Under the pieces are notes generated by a model that saw nothing but the letters and a program-made list of their open reading frames with translations, made no database searches and was not told where the DNA came from. The position numbers and the translations under genes are program-made. A DNA stretch of 57,696 bases, filler included, from Streblomastix strix (taxonomy: Eukaryota), in NCBI GenBank assembly GCA_008636045.1. It is 2 parts of 2 records of this genome, joined end to end, with 100 filler letters (N's around TTAATTAATTAA, not from the genome) between each part and the next. Parts side by side here need not be neighbours in the genome. Positions count along the whole stretch, not along the records: positions 1 to 28,820 come from SNRW01000113.1; 1 more part is not named here. The stretch is one strand, 5' to 3'. Of the stretch, positions 1 through 10,100 are shown piece by piece; the first letter of the stretch is position 1; each line of letters starts with the position of its first letter.

Positions 1-2
1 GC

Positions 3-168
3 TAAGTTGATGTTGGCAGCTGCAAGATCATGAAGCAGATGGAACCATAGTTGACTGGGGATGAACTCAAGAGGTAAGGGTTTGATAGCGTCTTCTTCCC
101 AGCGAACTATATGAATACGAACCTCAACTTGCCAGAGTATGTGATATATGACCCTGCCAGAGTGAAAG
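3..168 (+). CDS. 3' part of a PARP-fold/Gig2-like ADP-ribosyltransferase domain (5'-partial at window edge)
   Basis: Frame 3 with TAR=Q reads QVDVGSCKIMKQMEPQLTGDELKRQGFDSVFFPANYMNTNLNLPEYVIYDPARVK. V-x-VG, G-[FY]-D-S-V and E-Y-V-I-Y-D match the C-terminal strands of PARP-type ART domains. Followed by a probable 31-nt GTAAG..TTAG intron (169-199); the true 3' end is unresolved. Confidence 0.6.
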
Positions 169-737
169 GTAAGAGATAAGTATGAGAATAATGAATTAGC
201 AATAACGTATTCATTCGTCATAGCAAACCGAGTAACAGTTAATTTGTTTCTATTTATATTCATACACTTAACATTTTGTTATCATCTTTCCAATTCATCA
301 CAAAAAAATTGGACAAGATATCACTATCAAGTATTAGACATCATCAAACGATTTATTACCAGAGTTTATTTTAATTTTGGTTTTGATTTAAATTTTGTAA
401 TTTTCAATAGTAATAAATATAATTAATTAATACTTAAATTCATTTAAATTATTTTAATTTTATTTTCGCTAAAACTGCTTTATCCGCATCTCATAAAGAT
501 CCAGAGACGCAGAATTAAACCCATTATACCTTGCAAATGAATAAACTTTCGACTACAAATTATTTTTAAACTAACAATCTAGCAAATTATTTATTATCTT
601 TATTAACAATTTATTTTGCCCACCCTATTTTGTCTAGTTTTTACTATATAGGTATATTAATTGTAGCGTTCGAAATAGGCAAGGCTTGCAGCTATGAACA
701 GATGTGTAAAACAAATGCAATAAGAAGAAAGACTTGA

Positions 738-1454
738 GACATATTTTTATTTTTGATAAGATTGGCTTTTCCTATCTACCCTTTAGTTAGGGAGTTTTTC
801 ACACACAAAGAAAAATCAAATTCTGATTCCATCTCGCCACAAGATACTGAAACGAAGTAGTGGTTACAGAAGCTGGCACCTGTACTGGGTAAAGGAGAGA
901 GACACAATACAAAAGCGGCAATACGACTGGTTAGCTCAAGAATCAACTAAAAACCGAAAGATTATGACGCACTGTGCCTAGAGCTAGATGAGGATCATAT
1001 TAAAGCGCTCAGCGAGAGGTCCAGATTAGATTTGACTCCATTCAATATCGTGATGCCTCCTCGGATCGTAGATGGCGAGAGATCTCCACAAATTGGCGGA
1101 TTAGTGAGAAATTTGGTAGCAGTCCAATGTACAGGTATTATGGCGATTGAATCAATTTTCAAGAAAAGCAAAGAGGAAGCAGCAGAGCGAATGTTTGACA
1201 TGTTTGAACTAGTAAGTCAAGCCATAGGTGAAGCCTAATAGCTACAAAAGCAGAATATCAACTTCCGAAGCAACCAATTCTGCTATAATCGATCTCCCGT
1301 TTCGGCTGCGTTAAGTCCAAAAGACAAAAAAGCTTGGAAGGAGAACAAATCGATCAGCATGAACACTTCCCACAGTCAGAGTTGAAAAGGAGGGTCAGGT
1401 AAATCACCATCTGCTAGAGCAAGAAGCTAATAAAGGGGAAGAAGAAGCAGATGA
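738..1454 (+). pseudogene. DIRS gag-like ORF1
   Basis: Frame 3 open 738-1382 with TAR=Q (...LDLTPFNIVMPPRIVDGERSPQIGGLVRNLVAVQ...AERMFDMFELVSQAIGEAQQLQKQNINF...), TGA at 1383, then an R/G/S-rich tail. Lies directly upstream of the RT ORF. Confidence 0.6.
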
Positions 1455-1861
1455 AGTTACAAAAGCTGCAAATGAGTAAATTCATTGTTAATACAATAAA
1501 TGAAGCTTAATCAACGTTAGGATTAGATCTAACATAATTATAATTTTCGTTCTTCGAAAAATTCTAGTGTAAATGTCATGTTGAACAAAAACATTCAGCC
1601 ATAAACAGAGTCAAAGACCTCCCGTCATGTCTATCAGCTTAGCAATCAGTTGTATAATGATGAGCACAATCTCTTATATGGATAAAGCGTTACTGTACAC
1701 AATAGGCTCCCAGATTAAGTAGCTTTTGATGATATACTAACAAATCAGAAGTGTGACAACTTACATAATAGTCCAAGAACAGCTATTGAACAATGATCAG
1801 TTATGTTAAAATCTCAGTTACTCCACCTTGGATCATTTAATGTAGTGTTCCTGATGCAGTA

Positions 1862-3796
1862 GGAGCATAACTGCAATGGTACAGAGCGAAATGGGTAGAG
1901 ATTTGTGCATCCCAAATAATGATAAAAGGTGCTTAAGCTAATTGGAAAGATGTGGAAGCACCAGTGCAGCTGCAGAAATCTCGGAAATTTCAAGAATTTC
2001 GGGGAACAGAAGAAGAAGAAAAGATTTACTTAGAAGCACTACAGGAAGAAATTCAATAGGGAGATGAAACTCGAATTCCAATGGAAGAAGCGTTATTCTT
2101 AAACCGAACATTTGCAATTCCCAAGAAAGATGGTTGAAAAAGAATGATCCTAGATTGTCGTTAAGTTAATAAATATCTTCAAGACATATCATTTAAAGGA
2201 GAAGACTTCAAAAAGATAGCAAACATAACCTTAAGAGGAGACTGGGCAACAGTGTGAGACATTAGCAGTGTTTACAATCACATTAAAGTTTCAGAAGAGC
2301 ACCAGAAGTACCTCGCATTCACATTCGCTAAAGAAACGTATACATACATAGGTATGCCCTTCGGTCTGCAAACAGCACTGTACATCTTCCATAAACACCT
2401 ACATCAATCTATCACCCTACTAAGAAAAGAAGGCATTAGAATGATAGTATTCATCGAAGACATACTGATATTGGCCTAGAACCCAGATCTATTGATACTG
2501 CAGACATAAAGGGCTAAATAGCTTCTCGAAAGTATTGAATGGATAATTAGCCCGAAATTAATACTTATCTCGTCGTAATAAGTCCAACACATTGGATAGA
2601 TGTGGAATCTAACCAATCTCAACATTAGAATGCCAGAAGATAAAAGAATAAAGATGACTAGTCACCTAATTAACTGATACAAATAATCTCAAAGAAGATT
2701 TACAGTGAATATTCGAAATATAACATGAGTAATATGTAAACTTATCCTTCTGAACCTTCAATTTCCTAAATTACTGCTCCATATGAAACTTCTGTTCATA
2801 TTTCTGAATCAAGCCAAGGGTCCTCAAGGTTGGAACGGTCTGGGATTGATAACGCCTAAACTTAGGATATATTTGAGCTGGTAGCCATCTAAAGTAAGAG
2901 AAAACAAACAGTAAACCTTCGAAGTAATTCCTTATCAAGTATTGATAGTAACTGAAGCATCTAGGAGAGGATGGGGAGCTACATTATAGCTCAATAATAA
3001 CGAGATCGAGTTCAAGAGCTGCGGAATCTGGAAAAAGAGCTCGGTCCTAAAATCCAGTAACTAGAGAGGTCTAACAGACGTTCTTTGCGCAATATGCCGA
3101 TTCGAAAAGCACTTGAAGCAGGAATAAATCCATTAAGTGCACTTGTAAATGGACAATACAACAACCAGCTATAACATCAATAGAGCGAATTCTTCCAGAA
3201 CACTTTCACATATTACAGATACAATTCTCCGGACAATGAAATAATTTAAAATCTAAATTAAGTCAACACACATTCCAGGCATATTTAATAAGATTGCAGA
3301 TTCACTATCGAGGCTTAATAGAGCAGGCGACTACAATCTAAGCGGAAAAACAGCTTCGAGAGCTTGTAAGTGGATGAAATTTAGACCGACAATCGATATA
3401 TTCGAAAGCAGTAGGAATCGTCCAACTAAGGAGTATTGTATAATTATTCAAGATAGATAGGCAGAAGCAAGAAACGCGTTTAGCATAAGTTGGGCACGAG
3501 AGCAACCAATAATTCATCCTCTAATTGCTCTAATCGGTCGATGTCCGAAGAGAGTGTAACATGAAAGAATTTAAGCATTAATAATAACACCTAAGTGGTA
3601 AGGACAATATTGGTGGCCTCTTCTTCAGCAAATGACAGTAAGTTCGGTAAATTAAGGACACGCAGATCAAATTCTGAAGAATGGTACAATCGCAAATAAA
3701 AGAGCATGGGCACTTCTACTAGGAGAGCTTCTAACGAGCTTAATAAGCGGTAGGAAAGAGGAGAAAAATGAGAAAGCTTGTTAAAAGAAGCAATGA
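1862..3796 (+). pseudogene. DIRS pol: reverse transcriptase + RNase H + methyltransferase-like domain, inactivated
   Basis: Single frame. RT motifs: FAIPKKDG*KRMILDCRQVN, DISSVYNHI, YLAF, GMPFGL, and FIED (2450-2461) in place of YxDD. RNase H motifs: TEASRRGWGA (2951; TDAS decayed), DNTTT, HIPGIFNKIADSLSR. MT-like motifs: TIDIF...NAFSISW...IIHP...IITPKWQGQYWWPLL. Several in-frame TGA (2135, 2255 and others). Confidence 0.9.
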
Positions 3797-4010
3797 GAGG
3801 AGCTGGAGCATCTAATGAAGCTATAAATAATCAAATCATTCAATTGAACAAGTCATGTAAATGTCACAAATAGAGTCTGGGTTATCCATCTAAATATCAA
3901 CAAATAAATATCTTGCGAGCAACAGATATTGCCTTATTGAAATAACATTAGATATTCATTATCAATTTAAAAGCTTGATTAAGATCATGCATCTTTGCCC
4001 CTGCAGCAAT
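3770..4010 (+). pseudogene. Truncated N-terminus of DIRS ORF3 (tyrosine recombinase position)
   Basis: Overlapping frame reads ESLLKEAMRGAGASNEAINNQIIQLNKSCKCHKQSLGYPSKY...IFIINLKA*. It stops before any catalytic R-H-R-Y residues, so the call rests on position. Confidence 0.45.
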
Positions 4011-4042
4011 TCAAAATGTTTTTAAAATTGTGAATGTGATAT

Positions 4043-5914
4043 ATGTAATTAGGAAAAATATTAAAAACATTAACTATTCATCCAGGAACATTTTCAATAT
4101 CCAAGCAAAATTTCTAAGATTAACCAGTTACTGAACAAACATCTAGTGGAGTTAGATATACAAGATCACCATTAGGAGCAAGATGTAAATCATCATGTTC
4201 AACGGTACAAACTTGTTAAGTGAATTGGACAATTTCCATACCTGCAAGTACATTAGCGATATAACTAATTGAAACAAATGAAGAACCCGATTAATATAAA
4301 AAGAGAAATAAAATCAATGGTAAAGTAGATTCCCAAGGTAATGTAACAAAAGATATGTCATAAGGCGCATAAAATTATTATGAAAAAACAGCTGAAAGAG
4401 TTGAGAATTCTGAGCAATTACGTTTTTGGCTTGGATTTTCAACTGCGTGTGGAACATTTCACCAATTTCAATTGATGCTTGATGCCACTGCATTATGGGA
4501 AACTTCAATATATGCCAGAGAATAAGCAGTTATTAGTTATAATTCTTTGAATGATTTGTGCACTATTAATAGTGTTAGTGTTTCTTCATTAGAAAGTATC
4601 ATTTCTGGTAAAAGTCTTTGTGGAATATTTAATGAAATATGTCTATTTGATATTGACACATAAGCAGCTTCAACTCCTTGGTATTTTAAAATTCCATTTG
4701 ATATTACATTTAACGGCGTCCTTGCTCTTAATTAATTGAATCTAACCTTTGATTCATTTCCTGTTCTTACTAGGATTTATGTTTCACTTTTTCTATAACT
4801 TTGGATATAAGATTATCTATAGGATTTGAATGTAGTTTGGCTTAATAAATAAGATACTGTAAGAAACTAACACTTAGTTTACCACATGATTCCACCTGAG
4901 AAACCAGACACAATATATCTACTAGCTGAACCTACTGATGAAGGAATATTTAATTATATGAAATATAATGTACGAATAGTCAATATGTAAAATTCTGGAT
5001 TAGTTGATAGATTACCATAGAACAATATGAATTAAATTAAAAATGCACGATTTGAAAAATTGGAGATATAAAACGTAAGTTTTGATTTTGAAAATAAGGA
5101 AGCAATAATTAATATGATTAGTGAGTAAAGAATAGTCAATTTCCTTACCTAAATATTTAGATCTTAATCATCAAATTTCCCATTTAGTGGTTTTATTCAA
5201 ACAAGTGGATCAATGTAAAGTATTATGTCATTATCTAATATTAAATCACTATTTATGACGTTTGCCATGCCGTAGTATCTTATTTGGTTCTATCCAATAT
5301 TAATTTATGGTTTTGATTTAGTTATTGATTAACGACACGTAATTCCTTAACCGTTTGAAGCATTAACGTAAACCGTTAATGGAGTAATGTTTGATTGTTT
5401 CGTTGATTAAGATGTTGTTAGTGCTCCATCAGATTTGTTTCATTCACTTACATTTGAAAATATAAATTGCACTGATAAAGATTATTTCTACGGTAATGGA
5501 GATATAAATGTATTCAATTCGTCTACATTAAATAATCGTTCTAAAGCAGTTAAAACACTATATCTTAACAAATATATGCTTATATTGAAATTGGCTACTG
5601 ATGATTCATATATGTGAGGCTATAACTCCTCAAAATATTGAGCAAGAACAAATATATAAGTTATTTTACATGGTAATTTGATTAAAGGAGTATTAGATAG
5701 TACGGAGATAAATAAAGAGTAGAACTAAAATGACTTAAAATAATTTATTGCTATGAGAAGTTATCTTGATCCAACTAAAGCATCTATTACTCCAATGTTA
5801 CATTATCTATGTGATGCATTTATACGAATTACATTTGATAATAATTCTGATCCATAAGTGTTAAATATTGACGTTATTGGTGAGATTCGAGGAAGTACGA
5901 TTAATACTGGTTGA
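4043..5914 (+). pseudogene. Polinton/Maverick-type major capsid protein-like ORF (~623 codons, 2 internal TGA)
   Basis: One frame from ATG4043 to TGA5912 with TAR=Q; beta-rich. Segments LRFWLGFSTACG...AREQAVI...LESIISGKSLCGIF, FDSFPVLTR, KYMLILKLATDDSYM*GYNS and ITPMLHYLCDAFIRI resemble the double-jelly-roll capsid family of metamonad Mavericks as I recall it. Internal TGA at 5615 and 5639. Confidence 0.65.
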
Positions 5915-6079
5915 AAAGCAAAAATAATTATTTTTCATTTGCATATCTTTGATTCGCAAGCATATTTGATCGCTGCTTCCCAAATTGTCTTAAATATAGA
6001 ATGCCAATTAATGTTCAATTATTCTAAAGAATAGATTGTTGTTTCATTAAACCCATCTATTTGTTTATTTTTAAATTTG

Positions 6080-6838
6080 TCAATTAGCCGACGAATTATG
6101 AATAGCTTATGAATCACATACCTATGCACAAAAATCATCAGGTAAACTTAGCTAAAACATTGTATTTATTATAACATTTCCATTAGGATTAATAAAACAA
6201 TTTATAGAAAGAGCACCATTCCAGCATATTGGATAACCATATACTCTTTACGCAAATAATACAGCAAATAATGGTATGTTAGTTGGTGTTTCTATGAATT
6301 TTGGTTTTATAGCATTATCAACGATAGAGAATAAAGTATATCCTGATTACCATACTGTGTTAGGATCAGAGTGAGTAATTTGCAGTGAAATATATACTCT
6401 ACTATTTTATGTTGTTAATGTGCCCCAAATTAAATGTTCATACATTCCATATGCAATTGATGAATAACATGCATTTTCAATTGATTCATAGTCTAACTTA
6501 TCTTTATCAATAGTGTCACCATTAGCTAACAGAATTTAATTACTTGTTCCAACTTATTTAATAATTTTGCCAGCTATAATTGGCTATAAAAATGTCTTTA
6601 TTCCACGAATAATCTAGTCAGAATGTAAATTAACAAAATCGATAGAATTCCTAAAAAATTAACTCAAATAATTAAAATACTTAATAATCTCATTATCAAT
6701 AACTTATAATAATGTATTACGTTCTTTAATTTATTTTTAAACCTCTTCTTATTATTATATTATTTTACTAACCTATTCTTACTAATTAATCTATTCATCT
6801 TCGTCAATCATATCTAAATCGCTTAATTGTTATTCCAT
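6080..6838 (-). CDS. Viral fibre/receptor-binding-like protein (252 aa)
   Basis: Open ATG6838 to TGA6080. Q/E coiled N-terminus, then FVNLHSDQIIRGIKTFLQPIIAGKIIKQVGTSNQILLANG (Q-x-I-x-G-x-KTF...ILLANG phage tail-fibre-type motif), then a beta-rich C-terminal head (VYISLQIT...GYTLFSI...IKP...CFINPNGNVII). Confidence 0.6.
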
Positions 6839-6873
6839 TTTTATTCCAAAAATAATTACCATTTATTCCGCAA

Positions 6874-7560
6874 TCAAAAGTCATTATCTGTAATCTCTAC
6901 CTCTTGTGCATCAGATAAACGAACAAAATCCTTGTTAATTCGATACAGTTTCTCAATAGAGTTGAATAGTACATTATCGATAACAGATATACTAACGTTT
7001 TTAATTAATACATCCATCACTCTGATCAGATCTTTCTTTTTATATGATTTACCTATGCATGAATGTAATTGCATCAGTGGTTCTTCTAATACTATTTCAA
7101 TATCATCTTCATTTTCTTATGTAATTAGTGACCACAGTTTAATAAAATTATCAGATGAAAGTATAAAATCATCACCTCTTTTTCTTGTTGTTACCGTCTT
7201 CCATAGGCAATCGATAATGAATTTCATTACCTACAAATTAGGGTGGGAAAGATAAGTATTTTTAACTACTTCATCAGGTTCAACTTAAGCAGTTGTTCTA
7301 TCTACTTATTTATATTTATCTTTATTATATTTACTCTTATAATTAGTAATTTTTTATTATGTAAGGATTTATTATTCAGGCGTTGATGTAATTGTTTCAT
7401 TTACTACATCCTATTATTCTTTAGGTTTAATCGTTTCATCGATTGTTGGCATTGATTTAATCCTGCTAATTGCATCATCAATCAATTGCAATAATATTTT
7501 ATCTTCATCCGCTAATACTTTATGTTTAATCTCAGACACGTACTTTTTGGTTTTTGACAT
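6874..7560 (-). CDS. Maverick-associated hypothetical protein (228 aa)
   Basis: Open ATG7560 to TGA6874 with TAR=Q: MSKTKKYVSEIK...KRGDDFILSSDNFIKLWSLITQENEDDIEIVLEE...HSCIGKS...; intron-less and tightly packed with neighbours. Confidence 0.6.
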
Positions 7561-7629
7561 GCAAAATTAGTTTCTTTATATGCTTTTTATCAATTTACTA
7601 ATTTGAAATTAATCAATTGGACTTACAAC

Positions 7630-8242
7630 ATGCCTTGAAGAATTTAATGGAGAATGGAACAAATATTGAATACTTTGACAACGGATATGTCATCCAAATT
7701 AATAAAGATATTAAAGTGTTCGAAGATGGAAAAAAGACTCCTAAAAAATTAACTTAAATATAGTAGAATAAGTTATTATTATAAGCTAAAGGTGGAGGGA
7801 TAGAACTAAAAAAATTTTTAAAAAAGCATCTTAAAAATAAATTGATGATGAAGATGAAGATTTTATATCTTATGAACAGTAAATGGAATAAAATAAAAGC
7901 GATGATTCCTTAAGCGAAGTTTGAGAAAAACCATTAAAGAAGTAAATTAGGAAAAGTGTAGTTAAAATATCAAAAACTCCATAAATTAATTATACTAATC
8001 CCCAACATGATTAAAAAGAAATAATAAAATTAAAAACTGAAAATTCATTTAATAAACAATAACATTAAGATGCTATCAAACAAATACAGAAATATAAATT
8101 AAAAGCTAAACGAAACTAATAGTCAAAATATGTTATTGAAAGGGAATATCCATAATAAATTTAACCGGAACATTAATAAATCATTCAAAAATAACTCCAA
8201 GAAGAACAGTAATAGGAATACAATGATTTTGATTTATATTGA
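7630..8242 (+). pseudogene. Maverick-associated hypothetical ORF, frameshifted
   Basis: MENGTNIEYFDNGYVIQINKDIKVFEDGKKTPKKLTQIQQNKLLLQAKGG..., an apparent frameshift in the A/T runs near 7810-7825, an internal TGA near 7922, and an end at NDFDLY-TGA (8240). Confidence 0.45.
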
Positions 8243-8270
8243 TACAATTATTATTTGTTCCAATTTTAAA

Positions 8271-8531
8271 ATGGACAATTAAATGTATGTATATTTAAAA
8301 CAGCTAGAAACATATCTACTAAACGAATATTAGCAAAAGAATAAAGAAATTGTAGAATTTGATATAGAGATAAAGAAAAAATAAGTACGACATCTATATG
8401 ATTTGCTTGATCATACTCGTGATTCAATACGTATAGCTGAAGCATATCTTAAAAATAAAGACTAATCAAACATCAATGAATAATATACACTCATTATTTT
8501 ATTTATATTAATTAATTAGCATTGCTCATGA
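8271..8531 (+). CDS. Small helical hypothetical protein (86 aa), viral region
   Basis: ATG8271 to TGA8529 open with TAR=Q: MDNQMYVYLKQLETYLLNEYQQKNKEIVEFDIEIKKKQVRHLYDLLDHTRDSIRIAEAYLKNK... Confidence 0.45.
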
Positions 8532-9140
8532 AGAATTTTCGTCGTAAGTTCAAAACAATATTTATTATAATCAATTTATCCACGCTTTGGCTATTTCATC
8601 AATTTGTGCATTTTCCTATGATTAATGGAGCCATATCTATGTATGTGCTTCCGCTATAGGCAAAATCGCAAATTGACGGAAATTTTCCAAAATCGCGGGT
8701 AAATTGATTTTATTAAATATGATTTTGAACTTGCCCCAAACTTCTTCATTCTATACTATATATATAGAAAACCTTCACTTTATTAAAATTTATATTTCTA
8801 AATAAACATATATAGTTACTTATTATATCTTAATTCAAAATTCAAATTAAAAGAATAACATATATAATCATAGAAATAAACATAAAAAAATAAAAATAAA
8901 CTTAAGTAATGGAAAAAATGAAAGATAGTTAACCAATCGAACATAAGCCAGAAATATTGAGATAAAACACCTTTTTGATAAAAAATGGTTTCACACTAAT
9001 GCTCAGAGACTTCCCCGTAGATGAATGAGGAGTAGCCTATATAACATGAGAAGATTATACCTGAATATTAATTCTTCTAATGAACCATTAATGGAAACTA
9101 TTGATGGAAAGCATTAATTTTTCTCATTGATTTTACGAGT

Positions 9141-9300
9141 GAGTGTGATGTTCTGTAGCACTTTGTATGAACCGACATCGCGTAAGCGTTTTCATTATGA
9201 AAAGCGTCATGTATTTACAAGAGTGGATGATGTACTGTAGCACTTATTTTTAAAGAACGACATCACGTAGGCGTTTTCGTTATGAAAAACACTGTGTAAA
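9141..9300. repeat. Imperfect 2 x ~80-bp tandem repeat with internal inverted repeat
   Basis: GAGTG..GATGTWCTGTAGCACTT...CGACATCRCGTARGCGTTTTCRTTATGAAAA occurs at 9141 and 9221; TTTTCAT-T-ATGAAAA is self-complementary. Confidence 0.85.
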
Positions 9301-10100
9301 TTAGTTTTTTTATGAGAATTTAAAGAATGAAGTTAGGGCAAAGAATTTTGATAGGCTAGCGAAAAATACATTAGTAGTATATAGGGAATGTCTTAATAAT
9401 AACTTTTAAAGTGAAAACTCACAATATGCTTTTAACGTTTTTGTTATAGACTTTAGAGATTATTTTTGAACGAAAGGCGTTAGCCTGATGATAAGAAACA
9501 ATAATAAAAAATAAAACAAAAAAAGATAAAATTAATTGTTTTTATATCCCCTATCAAGTTAGGACAAAGATATTACCAATATGTTACTGGAGGGTGTAAC
9601 TCAAGACATAACCTCAACGAATGCAGCAATGAAGAGCAGCACTTCACTTTCGAGGATCTGATCCATTACACTTCACATGTGTATCCTTATAAATCGGTGT
9701 TCATATTAATTTGCTTGGTTAAGTATCAAAAATAAAATCGGGGCAGGGTTTTTGAAGGTGGGGCAGGCATTTCTGGAATCCTCAAGTTTTTAATGCATCT
9801 AATAGATAACATTATACAATTTATCTAGAGCTATTAAAGATGAATAAAAAAGCATTTCGCTTTATTTTGTTTATTAATTTCTTATTTTCCTCTAAAATAT
9901 TCAATGATATTTTTAATTGCATAATTATTTTAATAATATATTTCAATTTTATTCTTCTATTCATTTATTTTATATTTTTATTTAATTGTTATGTACATTA
10001 TATATTGAGATTCATATTTAAATCGAATATTTATTGTAAGAAACCAGTGTTTGTGACGTGAAACAAGGAAAAAACACACGATAAAGGCAAGAATACCAAT

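Larger units (their letters stand above)
738..4010 (+). mobile_element. Degenerate DIRS-type (tyrosine-recombinase) retrotransposon; boundaries approximate
   Basis: Gag-like ORF, then an RT-RNase H-DNA adenine methyltransferase-like ORF, then the start of an overlapping third ORF at the position where DIRS elements encode the tyrosine recombinase. Higher GC than flanks. Terminal repeats not identified. Confidence 0.85.
4043..9300. mobile_element. Fragment of a Polinton/Maverick-like endogenous DNA virus (decayed); boundaries approximate
   Basis: Densely packed, intron-less ORFs on both strands, unlike most host genes here. They include a capsid-like ORF, a fibre-like ORF and ORFs resembling conserved hypothetical genes of parabasalid Mavericks, followed by a repeat-containing non-coding arm. 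No PolB, integrase, ATPase or protease seen in the window. Confidence 0.7.

Noticed and set aside
616..651. Shared TTGCCC...TACTATATA motif with 8730-8768 as element termini or promoter
   Set aside because: Too short and low-complexity to distinguish from chance in AT-rich DNA.
5615..5641. TGAs in the capsid ORF and DIRS pol as evidence for sense UGA
   Set aside because: These elements show other decay (lost catalytic residues, frameshifts), and several TGAs sit where Arg, Gly or Leu is expected, so ordinary nonsense mutation explains them.
5935..6060. Tiny minus-strand ORF IDGFNETTIYSLEQ...ESKICK*
   Set aside because: No in-frame ATG and only ~41 codons; cannot be supported as a gene.
9141..9300. 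CRISPR-like array (also considered for 55072-55360)
   Set aside because: Only two units each, no repeat-spacer series, eukaryotic context and no cas genes.
9550..9790. GC-richer patch with GGGGCA motifs and a minus-strand open frame
   Set aside because: No recognisable protein or RNA motif; probably element debris.
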